Assembly (NCBI RefSeq): GCF_018350175.1
Contig: NC_058368.1
Location: 34,908,001-34,972,000 of the forward strand
Reading direction: 5' to 3'
Source of the DNA: Felis catus
Lineage: Eukaryota
DNA: 64,000 nucleotides
Shown: positions 1 through 12,492 of the stretch, piece after piece
How positions within the stretch are numbered: the first letter of the stretch is position 1
How the letters are laid out: each line of letters begins with the position of its first letter
Made by a program: the position numbers and the translations under genes
Notes under the pieces: generated by a model
Seen by the model: only the letters and a program-made list of their open reading frames with translations
Told to the model about the DNA's origin: nothing
Databases searched by the model: none

Positions 1-412
1 CTGCTAGCAAGCAGCTTGCTTAGAACATAATCTATAGGATTTGCATCTCTCAGAAAGTCTGTTTCAAAAAAAAAAAGTCTGTTTAACATGATTGTTAAAT
101 AATGTGTTAGGTTGTCAGAAACTTCTATTATTTGGAGGTGAACCCCAGAGTATAAAGAGTAATTTATGTTCAAAGAAAAGAAGTAAATGAGATGTTTGTT
201 GATGGTATTAGAGACATTATTGATACTTTCCTCTCTGATAATATCCTCAGCAATGGAGGTCACCTTTCCACATCATAACCAGAGCTACAAAAACTATACA
301 GAGAAGGAAGCATTGTAAAATTGGCAACATTTGCTACCAAAAGGAAGGAAGCAAGAGCTTTGAGACTCCAGAGATATGATGCTTGGAACTGGTAGCAAGA
401 ATACTATAGACT

Positions 413-641
413 GGGGCGCCTGGGTGGCGCAGTCGGTTAAGCGTCCGACTTCAGCCAGGTCACGATCTCGTTGTCCGGGAGTTCGAGCCCCGCGTCAGGC
501 TCTGGGCTGATGGCTCAGAGCCTGGAGCCTGTTTCCGATTCTGTGTCTCCCTCTCTCTTTGCCCTTCCCCCGTTCGTGCTCTGTCTCTCTCTGTCCCAAA
601 AATAAATAAACGTTGAAAAAAAAAATTAAAAAAAAAAAAAA
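413..641 (+). mobile_element. Young felid CanSINE (SINEC_Fc-type)
   Basis: tRNA-derived head GGGGCGCCTGGGTGGCGCAGTCGG, (CT)n segment and A tail; CpGs retained; perfect 15-bp TSD AAGAATACTATAGAC at 397-411 and 642-656. Confidence 0.97.
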
Positions 642-1675
642 AAGAATACTATAGACAGGCAGGTCCTTAAATGGAGGAGAATGTTTTAAGAGAGAGAATG
701 AGGAGGAATTAAGAGTGAGGAAGTATGTATATGGGTCTCATCCTGAATACTTAAGTCCTTGGTCTCTTCTGGGTACAAACAAGGTAAAACCAGGCCTAAC
801 TTGTCTACTCATCTTCTCCCAGGACCATAAAACTTTGGTACAATTCCAGGATGCTTAGGGAAATAAATATTTCAACTTGTATTACTGTTCACTAGTGAAA
901 ATTAAAATTCTTTTTTTTGTCAAACCTGAGAAACAGCAAGAGTATGTGACTTGGTAATTTTTTTTTGAAGTTTGAGAATTTTCTGATAGTTTCTTGGAGG
1001 GGAAAAAAAAAGGAAGAAAAATTTATAACTGGTGTCTCTACTAGTTAGCCCCTATCTGACACTAGTAAAAAATAAAACTTTCTTGCTCAGTATATCTGAT
1101 CAAGAACCACAGATGCACTGCGTATTTGTTACTTACTGCAGTGTATTGAGAGCCACAGGTTCATAGTTTATTATTTCTGATTAAAGATCCACAGGTTGCT
1201 TGAGGTGGCAACCTCAAGTGATGGCTCCACAATATCATGACCTAGGTGAACTCATATTATTAAAAGGTAGGATAGTTGCTTATCCTGCAATGTAAACCAA
1301 GAGCTTGGGCCTATCTTCATGATCTTAAGCAAACAATTTATTTCACGTGTACTTAAGTTCTTTCCCTACAAATTTTTGTTAAATTGTCTCATGATTTAGT
1401 CTTCCTGCTGGTTCTGTTGTGAGCAAAACTTTCACACATACTTAAGATAAATTTGTCTATGACGTTTCTTTTAAGAGGGGGTAGGTATTCCATATGGGAT
1501 CATTCAGGACAACTCCAGGATAATTCTCCAGCGGTTGTCAGAAAGGACATTGACTTCACCTTCAGTAAAGATTTGGTGGCAAGAAGAAACCTCCTACAAA
1601 CTGCCTACCCAGTAATCACCCCATCTGACAATCTGACCCAATAGGCTTGTCTACCTCCGCACACCTTCCACAGGA

Positions 1676-1810
1676 CTAGGATTCATAAAATATGGTATGT
1701 GCCGTGAAATTTAAATTCGAAATAGAGCAATTTTTTTACTATAATGCATAAGATATATTTAAAAAGTATTTACTGCTTATCTGAAATTCATTTAACTGGA
1801 GTGCTCTAGT
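1676..1810. mobile_element. Degraded palindromic MITE, MER53-like
   Basis: Imperfect inverted arms; TTATCTGAAATTCATTTAACTGG resembles the recalled MER53 arm. Confidence 0.45.
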
Positions 1811-2261
1811 CACAGATCAGAGAAGGAAGTAGCCTGGAAACAGGTTATATAACTTTCCTAACAATCTTTCAAGCAGGGAAATGACATCCTTCAAAACATT
1901 TCCTTTGGAGAAATAAGTAGGAAGAAGTGGAGCTAGAGCCACTAGAACAAAAAGAGAGGCATTGTAAAAGTAGTAAGAAGACCACAGAGGTTAGAATTGG
2001 CTACTTTCTTTTGCAGGGGACTCAGCTCTTACAGAAATTTGAAAAGACTACTCAAGCATGGATCCTACTACAGGGTCACAATGGGTCACATCACATCAGA
2101 AATCAACAACAAACAAATAACAATTCCTTTTATTAATCTATATATGGTGAAAATTAAGGCATTTATATAACTTCATGTGAAAATGACTTGAGATTGAAGT
2201 TAAAAGTTTCTCCTCTAACTGGGCAAAAAAATGTATCATTTTAATTCTGAAGATTTTATTT

Positions 2262-2485
2262 TTTAATTTTTATTTTTTAAGTGTATTTATTTATTTATTT
2301 TGAGAGAGACAGAGAGAGCATGAGTGGATGAGGGGCAGAGGTAGAGGGAGAGAGAATCCCAAGCAGGCCCTGCAGCAGCAGTATATAGAGCCTGAGTTGG
2401 AACTCACGAAACCATGAGATTAATACCTAAGCCAAAATCAAGAGTTGGATTCTTAACCAACTGAACCACACTAGTACCACCCCCC
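2262..2485 (-). mobile_element. CanSINE, older and diverged
   Basis: T-rich tail, GAGA segment, AGAATCCCAAGCAGG, degraded head. Confidence 0.9.
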
Positions 2486-2489
2486 ATTT

Positions 2490-2498
2490 AAAAAATAT

Positions 2499-2538
<40 letters not shown>

Positions 2539-2556
2539 AGCATAAGCAGGGACAGA

Positions 2557-2593
<37 letters not shown>

Positions 2594-2622
2594 ATCCCAA
2601 GCAGGCTCTGTGCTGACAGCAT
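2490..2622 (-). mobile_element. 5'-truncated CanSINE with (ATTT)n tail and (GA)n
   Basis: Tail and body up to GGCTCTGTGCTGACAGC; head absent. Confidence 0.85.
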
Positions 2623-2899
2623 GGGTTAGAACCTGGTTCCACCATCTTGCCTCAGATTTTCAGGACTTTGACCTTGGGCTTAGAAAAGTTGTCTCTATGA
2701 AGATATATTTTTATTTGCATACCATCATTACAGATTTTGACTTTCTTGTACTTTGATTGAATTTTAATTGATTAATCTATGATGTAACATGCAAAACTCA
2801 CATTTTAACTATCAATATGTCAGTATAAATAAAATCTTAAAATATATAATATACATATATATAAAATATACAAAAATTATATAACAATAAATGTATTTT

Positions 2900-3119
2900 A
2901 TTTTATTTAATTTTGTTTAATGTTTGCTTATTTTTGAGAGAGAGAGAGAAAGAGTGTGAGCAGGAGGGGCAGAGAGAAGAGACACAGAATCTGAAGCAGC
3001 TCCAGGCTCTGAGCTGTCAGCACAGAGCCCACCCAACATAAGGCTTGAACTCATGGACCATGAGATCATGACCTGAGGCAAAATTGGACACTTAGCCAAC
3101 TGAGCCACCCAGGCACCCC
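2900..3119 (-). mobile_element. CanSINE
   Basis: Full body ending CCCAGGCACCCC; flanks TAAATGTATTTTATTTT / TAAATATATTTTATTTT (near-perfect TSD). Confidence 0.95.
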
Positions 3120-4043
3120 TAAATATATTTTATTTTTCATTTTTCTTCACTTATAGGAGTTTATAGCTACCTTGTTCATTAGCTATTGTGAATATGAAAT
3201 TGTTCCTTTTGATTTCCAGTTTAAGAAGAAAATAATTATGAAACTGATTATTATAGTACACTATAAATTATTGCTAAAACTATTGTTTGAATAGCATAAT
3301 GCTAGTTTTCATTATTCACAATTAAAGAGGGAAAATATTAGTGAATAAAAATCCTTGCCTTGAAATTTCCACATTTAACATTGTTCTTGACAGCATTTTT
3401 GTGTATATACCAACCATAATTCAGTAACTAAAAAAGATAAAGGAACTTCTTCTATCACACTAACAAAACAAACTTCTAAATTAAAGCTACTTCATATATA
3501 CAGTCTCTTCACAATAGGAATTGATGATCTATTATTTCATTGGATTTGGGACTTTTGACAAGAAGATCTGGTGATTCAGAGAATTAAACTGTGTGTGGAT
3601 GAGCAACATTAAATTCTGTACAAAAACAAAAAGAAAGAGCTAGAGTGAAATTCATATTGATATTGGACAAATGTTTTGATGAAGCCTTAGGAGAAAAGAA
3701 TAGACAGTAATCAAACTAAGTATCATTCATGCACTATATTCAATACAACCAAGTACAGATGTGAAAGGCTGATGTTAGAGAAATAATGAATAATGAAGTT
3801 ATTCAATGCCAACTCTCATTTTACCTGATTATTACTGGTTCTTTGATTGAATTATAGATGAGAAAAGTGCATTTGTAAAGCACTAAATACATTTCAATTA
3901 TTGAATTCGCCATCAATCTATCACCAAAAGTGAGTTACTTCCAAAGGGGCTGAATCAGAATGTCACATTGTTTTTCAAAAAAATGTATAGTTAGTAAAAG
4001 CTGTGTTATTGAAAAATAATGTCATTGTAGCTGAGCACTTTTT

Positions 4044-4140
4044 TTTCAAGTTTGTCTTTAAATTCTAGTTAGTTAACACATATGGTAAAGTTGGTTTCAG
4101 GTGTAGAATTAGTGATTCATCACTTACATGTAACAGCCCA
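4044..4140 (-). mobile_element. Carnivore L1 3'-end stub (~97 bp)
   Basis: Reverse complement matches the L1 3' ends at 6400-6537 and 33840-33940; 18-bp TSD TGTAGCTGAGCACTTTTT at 4026-4043 and 4141-4158. Confidence 0.9.
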
Positions 4141-4164
4141 TGTAGCTGAGCACTTTTTATGCAA

Positions 4165-4330
4165 GTGGTCCATATGCCAAATACTTTATTTTTATTTTCT
4201 TGTTTACTTTTTCAAAAAACACTGAGATAGATATTACTGTTGTTTCCATTTTATAAAGAAGAAAACTAGCTTAAAGAAGTTAGCTAAATTTCTAAATCTC
4301 ATATGACCAATAGAAGAGCCAGGATTGATC
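4165..4330 (-). mobile_element. MIR relic
   Basis: CCATTTTATAAAGAAGAAAACT...AGAGCCAGGATT matches the antisense MIR core. Confidence 0.65.
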
Positions 4331-4579
4331 TATGTATATCTATTTCTCCTTCTCTCTCCCTCTCTTTCTCTCTCTCTTTTTAATCTTTCCTTAGGTCCTC
4401 TGACCAAAAATTTCTTATGATGCAGGATCTGACTGGTCAATATGTAATCACAACCTGATTCAATTTTTGATCAGTAGTTAAAGTAAATAGTGATATTCAG
4501 CCCTGGGGGTTATTGTGATACCAAATTAAAAAAAAAAAAGTTTGAAATCTGTGAAAAATAAATTAACACCACTACAGAT

Positions 4580-4870
4580 ATTTTTACTATTAACAAATAG
4601 AATGTTCAAGCACTGAGTTCATTAAGAAAATAAGATATGGTTCAAACTTCATGATGATTACAGCATAGTTTGACAATCTTATATATAATTAAATATAGAT
4701 GATGGTATGAAAGTTTCATAAGGAGTTCAGAGGGAGGAGAGATTGCATATGAGAGAGAGTATACAGGAAGGAAGAGAGAAGTCCAAATAGGTAAGAAAAC
4801 TAGTATAGAGTATTTTAGAACAGTGTGCAGGATTAAGCGGAAGTATTTAGGAGAATTTGCACAATCCGAT
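4580..4870 (-). mobile_element. L2 3' relic
   Basis: Purine-rich pattern (AGGAGTTCAGAGGGAGGAGAGATT) typical of antisense L2; heavily diverged. Confidence 0.4.
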
Positions 4871-5019
4871 TGGCTAAGTTTTGTGCAACTTATGGCAGTT
4901 TGTAATTTTTCATATACAGATCAATATGTTATACTCTTTAACAATAATATATGTAAAAATATTAATTTTAATGTGAATGGGTTTTTTAAAAAGTGATTTT
5001 ACACATCTTTTATAGAATT

Positions 5020-5765
5020 AAAATTTGTAATTAATTGCCTGTGGAGATATCTGTCCATATTGGCTCACTATTTGCTATTGGTTTGCCAAGTATTTCTTCA
5101 CTAAAGGAGCTTTTCATGTGTTATGATATTGGTCTTATGTTTTATGAGTTGCAAATATTTTTGAAATTAATAACTGTCTTTTGACTATGCTTATATTGAT
5201 TTTGCTATGGAATTTAACATATTGGTTTTATTTTTTTTTAATTTTATGGATTCTGAGTTTTGTGCCATGCTGAGAAAAGCTTTCTCCATTCTCAGATATT
5301 AAAAAATATATATTCTTTCATTTTTTTCTAGGATTTTTTAAAATTTTTATATTTAAATATTTGATCCATATGGAATTCTCCCTGGAATAAAAGTATAAGA
5401 TAGGATTCAAATTTACTGGTTTTTCATGAGTCTACATAATTATTGAAATAGGATTTATTACAAAAATAAAACTCTAACTTTATATTTCAATAAATTTCTA
5501 TGCTTTGGGTGTATTTATAAATTTTCTCTAATTTGCCAGTAATTTATGCATCAACATTACAGTACTCTAAAAAGCATTATAATTTTATAATATGTGTTAT
5601 AATGTAGTAGAGTTAGTCTTTCAACATCAGTCTTCATTTTCAGAAATTGTATGGATACTCTTTCTTGCTTATTTTTCCACATGGAATTTAAATTCAGATT
5701 TTGCAGTTCAAGTATTTCTCATTTTTGAGATCCCCTTAAATGTATTGATCATCTTAGGAGAAATT
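5020..5765 (-). mobile_element. Ancient L1 (L1M) ORF2 fragment
   Basis: T-rich antisense L1 motifs such as TTGCAAATATTTT and GCTGAGAAAAGCTTTCTCCATTCTCAGAT. Confidence 0.6.
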
Positions 5766-6399
5766 TCAGAGTTATTATGTCAAGCCTCCTGATTTTACAA
5801 TAGTAAATAGCATAATTAAGGTCTCCTGGCATTTTCTTTCTCAATATTCACAGCCAGCTCAAGACATAGCAAAATAAACTTAGCAGTGTGGCCTGATCAG
5901 GGAGGCCTAGAAGTTCAGCCTCATTGCACCTCTCTCAGTACCTGTATGAAAAAGTCACCTAGTTAAGACTCAATATAGGACAAAATCAACCCGCAGTATA
6001 GGCTGGGGTAGACACCCCAGGCTCTTGTGCAAGATGGAGAGAGGGGAGGGAGCTCAGGGTCCAGAAACAGAGATGACGAAGGAGATTAAGACAACCCAGG
6101 GGAAATGGCGTCATTACCCACAAGCCTTGCCTAAAGCCAAATGAATAAACCAAGCTAAACCCCCAGCAACATCATGGAGTCCAGCAGGGCTCTCCAGTGG
6201 CCTGTGGGCAGCACCGCATTTTCCATGCACATCCTCCTCACAGTGTAAGTCAAATGTGCAGCAGCCCACTCCAGCCCAGCTGTGTTACTTATTTGTCATC
6301 TATCTGCCCTCGTTTAGATATCAGTTTATGGCTGTGGAAACTACCTATCTCCAGCAACTGTAGCACTACACTCTAATTTTTTTAAAAGAAAACTCAATA

Positions 6400-6537
6400 A
6401 ATGGGTGATGGGTACTAAGGAAGGCACTGGTTGTGATGAGTACTGGGTGTTATATGTAAGTGATGAATCACTAAATTCTACTCCTGAAACCAATACTACA
6501 CTTATATGTTAACTAACTAGAATTTAAATAAAAACTT
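6400..6537 (+). mobile_element. Carnivore L1 3'-end stub, apparently inside an L2 3' end
   Basis: GATGAGTACTGGGTGTTATATGTAAGTGATGAATCACTAAATTCTAC; 13-bp TSD AGAAAACTCAATA at 6387-6399 and 6538-6550. Confidence 0.92.
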
Positions 6538-7384
6538 AGAAAACTCAATACATGTATATTGAATAAACAAACTCATGGTAAATGGAGTGATATTCTGCTA
6601 AAGATATTACCTCTATTGCATTCCATTAGTTTATTAGTGAGATGTGCCATGAGAAAACAAAATAGAAGAGCTGAAAAGCCCAGAGATGTAAGAGAGGTAT
6701 GTGTGAGTTAGATGTATTGCATTACGTTTATCTAGGTGTTCCAGGTGAAGCCAAAATTATTACTTAAGTCATTTTTTTTTTAATTTCAGTTTGTCTGAAT
6801 GTCCTTGACCATGATAATTGCCTGACAGAAAATTTTATTTGGAGGCTTGTGGTCATTTGAGACCTTGACCTTTCACTTTCCCTCCAAAAAGCAAATTGGA
6901 GTAAGCATTGACTTTGCTTGTTATCATTGAAAAAAATATGGTCCAGATAAAACTTTGCTTTCAGTGGCTAATGCACAGTTTCTTATTCATGTGTTCATTA
7001 TGAGTGAACTTGACCATTGCAATAGTTTCCATAATCGCTTCCCTACCGTTAGAACAATTTTTGATGATATCACCCTCATGCTTCACTTGCTTAATTAGAC
7101 CCCAGTGCATCAATGAGTCATTTTAACTTTCTCCGGTGAAGGCTCTTCATGCCCAGGGCTCACCCCTGTCTCTAAGTTTTATGCTGTTCTTAGCCAAGGC
7201 TGTAAGATATTTGAGTACAGTTGTTTTCTAGACAATTTATGATTTTATTGATAACAAAATGAATCTTTACCCATTTCTTTGATGCTGAGTTAAGGGAGGG
7301 ATTTGATGCTTTTTGAATACCTACTACATGTGAGATTGTGTGCTATACATGTCACAGTTGTGGTTTCATTTAAAATTAAGGTAT

Positions 7385-7680
7385 TATTTTCATTATAGTA
7401 AATTAGTAATTGCCCACTGTAAATGTTTTGGGAATGTAAAAGTTTACAAAGTAGAAAACAAAATTTGACAATCTTCTCTCCCAGCCCAGAAGTAAACATT
7501 TTTACTACTTAGAAGTATGATTTTCTAGGGTTTTATCTATTATTTAACACATTTATATGATAACTGTGTTGTTCATGTAGTTGTCAACTTATTAAATCAT
7601 GGTATTTTCCCCATTCTATGAAAATATTTTTAAAATATTCTGTCCAATGACTGTGTAAGTTCTATTACACAGCTTTTATG
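7385..7680 (-). mobile_element. Ancient L1ME-like 3' UTR fragment
   Basis: Weak similarity to recalled L1ME 3' ends (CCCAGAAGTAAACATT...). Confidence 0.4.
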
Positions 7681-7972
7681 CTGTTTCTAATAGGGAATTG
7701 GAATCACAATTGATAGAATTAAAAGCATGAGTTGAAACAAAGAAGAAACAGTTTGGGGGCTACAATCTGACATGGATAATCTCATGGTTTGTTACTCCTA
7801 CGTTTGGTTTAATTTAAAACTGATTTTTAAAAAGTATGATTTCTTATGCTATAAAGAGAATTATGTAATAGCCTTCTACAATAAAGAGAATTGTGAGCCA
7901 AGTTTTATATTTAAATAACAGATTTATCATTAACTATGTTATCATTCACTAACTTATATTTCATATTCTAAC

Positions 7973-8190
7973 ATTTAAAAAAATTAACGTTTATTTATTA
8001 TTGAGAGACAGAGAGAGACAGAGCATGAGCAAGGGAGGGGCAGAGAGAGGAGGAGACACAGAATCCGAAGCAGGCTCCAGGCTCTGAGCTGTCAGCACAG
8101 AGCCCGACACATGGCTCGAACTCACAAACCGTGAGATCATGACCTGAGCCAAAGTCAGACGCTTAACCGACTGAGCCACCCAGGCACCCC
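7973..8190 (-). mobile_element. CanSINE
   Basis: Full body; ATATTCTAA on both flanks. Confidence 0.96.
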
Positions 8191-8193
8191 ATA

Positions 8194-8198
<5 letters not shown>

Positions 8199-8246
<48 letters not shown>
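8199..8246. repeat. (AT)n microsatellite, about 24 units
   Basis: Direct read. Confidence 0.97.
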
Positions 8247-8248
<2 letters not shown>

Positions 8249-8318
8249 AACACACACATAACAATATGTATATATATCTGATTCACACATATTTAAGATT
8301 AAGATGCTTATAACATAT

Positions 8319-8528
8319 GGGGCACTTTGGTGGTTCAATCAGTTAAGTGTCCGACTTCCGTTCTGGTCATGATCTCAGGGTCCGGGAGTTTGGGCCCTGC
8401 CTGGGCTCTGAATTGACAGTGCAAAGCCTGCTTGGGATTGTCTCCCTCTCTCTCTTTGTCCTGCCCCTGCTTGCAGGCATAGTCTCTCTCTCTCTCAAAA
8501 TAAATAAATAAACTTAAAAAAAAAAAAG
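8319..8528 (+). mobile_element. CanSINE, older
   Basis: Head GGGGCACTTTGGTGGTTCAATCAG, (CT)n segment, A tail. Confidence 0.93.
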
Positions 8529-9977
8529 ATGTTCACAGCGTAAACATCACTTGTTTTCAGTCACTCATAATATGTGAGAGGAAATATACTTCCCCCGTCT
8601 TCCCCTAAATGTAATAAAGTTGCATTAAATTGAATACAACAATTTTAGACCAGGTTCACACTGACAGCAAACTAGATTTCCAAATTATCGGCTAATTACT
8701 TCCACTAGTTTAAGTGAAAGGAAATGGGATTAGAGTTAACATGGGAGATGATCTGGGGTGTGTGGAAATGAGGAAAATAAATTTATTGATATGCTGGTTC
8801 ATTTATGGTCTTGTCCAATATCAGGAAACTATAGGCATGAAGCTCAGCTTTGTAACATTATTGGAGAGGGGGAAGTGTGGAACCAGAAACCTTTGTTTTA
8901 TAACCAGGATTCTCCAAATTCTTGCTTAAATATCTGCTCTGCTTGTTTACTAAATGGCACTTGGATATTCTTAGGAGATAGCATTAGTTAAAAGTTAAAA
9001 TAATGACAGTCACCCAACACTGAAGCTCTCTTTTCTCAGCAGGGCTTAAGTCAACTGGAACCAAGAAACAGGGAATAGAAAGAGGACGTCCTCTCCTGTC
9101 CCGTCCACACATGTCCTCAATATTCAGCTGAATCCATTCATTGGAAGGAAAGGATTAGGAAGAATTAAGAAATCATACTGACAGAGACATCACCGTTATG
9201 GCTTCATCCTCTACAAGGATTTTCATTTCAGTTTTTTGAGTTTTTTCTTTTCTTTAGAATTGAATTCCTTGGAAAAAAAAGCTTAATTTGAAATCAGTGA
9301 GAAGAGTTTAATACCTGAAGTGTAATGGATGAAAAAATACCCAAAGCCTAGAAAGTTAGCAAAGCTTTTGTGGAAAACCACTCCATTAGAGAAGCCCACC
9401 ACAGAATTTATTGGTAAAATCTTAGGGACTTCGAAGGAGAGGGAGCACATGGTTTATGAGTTTATTTTCTGGGACACTGTTTTGATAATGGTGGTAGTAA
9501 AACTTTCTTTGAGATAAATTGGTAACACAGAAGGTTAACATCAAGGTAGTGCTGAATAAGACTTTGTAGACATGTTCCTGGCAACCTCAGAATGTGACTA
9601 TCCTTTGTAAAGTTGTAGGTGTGACCCTCTCAGATGGGCTGGTATTTCCTACACTTTATTCTGTGATAATTACTTGGAAATTCTAAACCGTCCGAGACCA
9701 AATTATGTGCAAAAAACCTTAAAGTGGATAACTATTCAAAACAACCAGTTTCATTTCTGTAAGAGTTTTTAAAAGAAACATGTCTCCTCATCACTGTTTT
9801 CTTTAATATTTATAAGGACACGGGGTGTTTGAGAAACCAGATAATTTTCAGGAATAATCTGGTTGATAAAACAAATCCACGATGAAGATAATACATTTAA
9901 ATTATTCTCCCTGATGGCTTATTAAGAAGTATAAATTAACTGCAAATATAAAATAGTAAAATAAATGCTTCCCTTCA

Positions 9978-10013
9978 TTATTTTTTTTTAATTTTTTAAT
10001 GTTTCTATTTAAT

Positions 10014-10057
<44 letters not shown>

Positions 10058-10223
10058 TGAGTGGGGGAGGGGCAGAGAGAGAGGGAGACACAGAATCCAA
10101 AGCAGGCTCCAGGCTCTGAACTGTCAACACAGACCAGCATGCAGGATTTGAACCCATGAACTGCAAGCTCATGACCTAATCAGAAGTCAGATGCTTAACC
10201 GACTGAGCTACCCAGGCACCCCT
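9978..10223 (-). mobile_element. CanSINE
   Basis: T tail, (GA)n, body, head CCCAGGCACCCC. Confidence 0.95.
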
Positions 10224-10253
10224 AAAAGCTTCACTTTAAATTAACACATGCAA

Positions 10254-10480
10254 GGGGCGCCTGGGTGGCGCAGTCGGTTAAGCGTCCAACTTCAGCCAGG
10301 TCATGATCTCACGTTCCGTGAGTTCGAGCCCCGCGTCAGGCTCTGGGCTGATGGCTCAGAGCCTGGAGCCTGTTTCCGATTCTGTGTCTCCCTCTCTCTC
10401 TGCCCCTCCCCCGTTCATGCTCTGTCTCTCTCTGTCCCCCCCCAAAAAAATAAAATAAATAAATAAACGTTGAAAAAAAA
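10254..10480 (+). mobile_element. Young felid CanSINE (SINEC_Fc-type)
   Basis: Near-identical to 413-641; 16-bp TSD TAAATTAACA(C/T)ATGCA at 10237-10252 and 10481-10496. Confidence 0.97.
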
Positions 10481-11959
10481 TAAATTAACATATGCAGCAA
10501 AATACACAAAGGGTTATATAATGGCATTTTGATGTTGACTCTGACACCTGAGTGTATTTATTATTATTTGTTGGTTTGCTGTATTTACTGAGCAGAAATA
10601 GAGGGAATTAAGAAAAAGTGTCAGACAAAATAGATGTTTGATTTGACAGATTTAATTAGTTGATAAAAATATTATAATATATCAGGACTTTTAACAACAT
10701 GACCTTCAGTTGTTCCTCAAGGGATACAGCACAAAAAAGAGAAATATCTTTCTTCTAAAATGACAGCTGCTGATAATTCTATTTAACATTTTGTTCCTCC
10801 TAAAAACTACAACATGTCCTTAATTTTGTGATGCTCCTCAAAGGTTAATGGGTCTGAACTCACATTCCTGATAATTCAGCTTTTGTATAGTAGGCCAAGT
10901 TCACTGCAAAGTCAGGGGAATAAGGATTATTCCAAAGCCAGGACTATGAAAGGCCACAGAACAAGAATAGAGTGAATAGTATTGAGTTAAAAGATTAGCA
11001 TTGATCCTAGATTATCACAAAAGTTGCCTAAATATTCTCCTGGTGTCTGTGCTACCCCCAGATGCTCAGTCTATCTTAACCTGCCTGCAGATTTATTCTT
11101 TCTTAAACACATCTTTGATCATGCTGCAGGCACTAGTAAAATGTTCAATAGCTCCTTATAACTGAACTATAAATGCTATCCCCTTAGCCATCTGGTCACT
11201 GCTTACCTTGCCACACTTCCTCCACATGCCTCAATTATGTAAAGTGTCCACTTCAACTAGGCTACTCTATTTTGTCTTAGTTTGACTTAAAACATTACTG
11301 CCTCACACACCTGCTCACAAAACCAATCTCAAACACATTTGGGATATGCCTAGCTATTTCATCACATACCTCCTTTTCACTGACATCTTCCCTTTTCATA
11401 TTCTGGGGGAAAAATTAAACTTTCAACTTCTCTAACACTGTTCTCTTGTTAACAATCTGTTTGACATACTCATGACCTGTTTCCTTGAGGTCAAAGTGAG
11501 GAATTGCAGCTAGCCTCTGTCTCTACTGGTTAATCGTACAAATATTCCCTTATTACTCCATAAATATCCAATGGTAAAATAAGCAATGACTGATAAGTTT
11601 ACCACCAAGTCTGAATAGAGTTCTATGAATTTTGAGACATGAATAATACAAATAAAACATAGAATGTATTCCAATTATCTCCAAATTCATACTTAATGTC
11701 TTTGCCTTCTCCCCCAGCCTACCCTAGGTCTTGTTTCCATAAGATAGTAGCCGGACAATGTTCTGCATCATGAACATCTTACCTAATTCTGCAGAATTTT
11801 TACTGTTTCCCATGGTTATATCCACCAGGCTCAGATTTTTCCACTTAATAGTTTTTTTAGAGGTAACTGAATAAAATACTTTGGAAAGAATGAATATACA
11901 CTGTGTGTTGAATGTTTTTGAGTTAAATAAACAATCAACAAATGGAAGAAAGTAACTAG

Positions 11960-12125
11960 TAATTACCGAGTATTGGTATATTCTGGGCACTATGCAAGGT
12001 TCTTTGTGAATACATCTTCTTTAGTCTCAATTTTAACAATGAGGAAATTGAAATTCTGGATGGTTAACCAATTTGCCCAAGATCGCATAGTCAGAATAAC
12101 AAGGCTTAGATTTGTTTTTGATATG
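11960..12125 (-). mobile_element. MIR relic
   Basis: AATGAGGAAATTGAAA...ATTTGCCCAAGATCGCATAG matches the antisense MIR core. Confidence 0.7.
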
Positions 12126-12142
12126 CTCTCTTTAAAATAATA

Positions 12143-12492
12143 CTCTATTTCTCTTTTATAAATATTTGGGTGAAATACAGCTGCACTGTATGATAGATAT
12201 ATTTTCAATTATTTTAGAAACCCTAAAATAATTTTCCAGTGGTTGCACAATTTTACATTCTCATCAGGTTATGGTGGTAGTGGCAGCACGACCACATTTT
12301 GCCAGAATTTGGCATTTTCAGTCATTTAAAACTTTAGCCACTCTAGTTGGTATGCATTACTATCAGACTGAGCTTTTTACTTGTGTTCTAGTGACAAACA
12401 TATTGAGTATCTTTGCTGTGCTTATTGGTCATTCATAAATATTCTGTGAAGTGTCTGCTTAACCTTTTGCCTATGTTTATTGGATTGTTTGT
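12143..12492 (-). mobile_element. Inverted 5' segment of an old L1 (ORF2 C-terminal region)
   Basis: Reverse complement reads ...GCAGACACTTCACAG...GAATGTAAAATTGTGCAACCACTGGAAAA...AAAAGAGAAATAGAG. Confidence 0.8.

Noticed and set aside
413..500. tRNA-like A/B-box sequences, here and in about 30 other places
   Set aside because: They are the tRNA-derived heads of CanSINEs, followed by (CT)n and A tails, not tRNA genes.
2917..3108. Recurring ORF family (AQVMISW...SVLTAQSLEPASDSVS; ERERE and LSLSLS runs)
   Set aside because: These are translations of CanSINE bodies and (GA)/(CT) repeats, not a paralogous gene family.
9081..9094. Perfect 14-bp palindrome AGAGGACGTCCTCT and a nearby plus-strand CAGCAG acceptor
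   Set aside because: A palindrome this short is expected by chance in 64 kb, and no matching donor or ORF was found.
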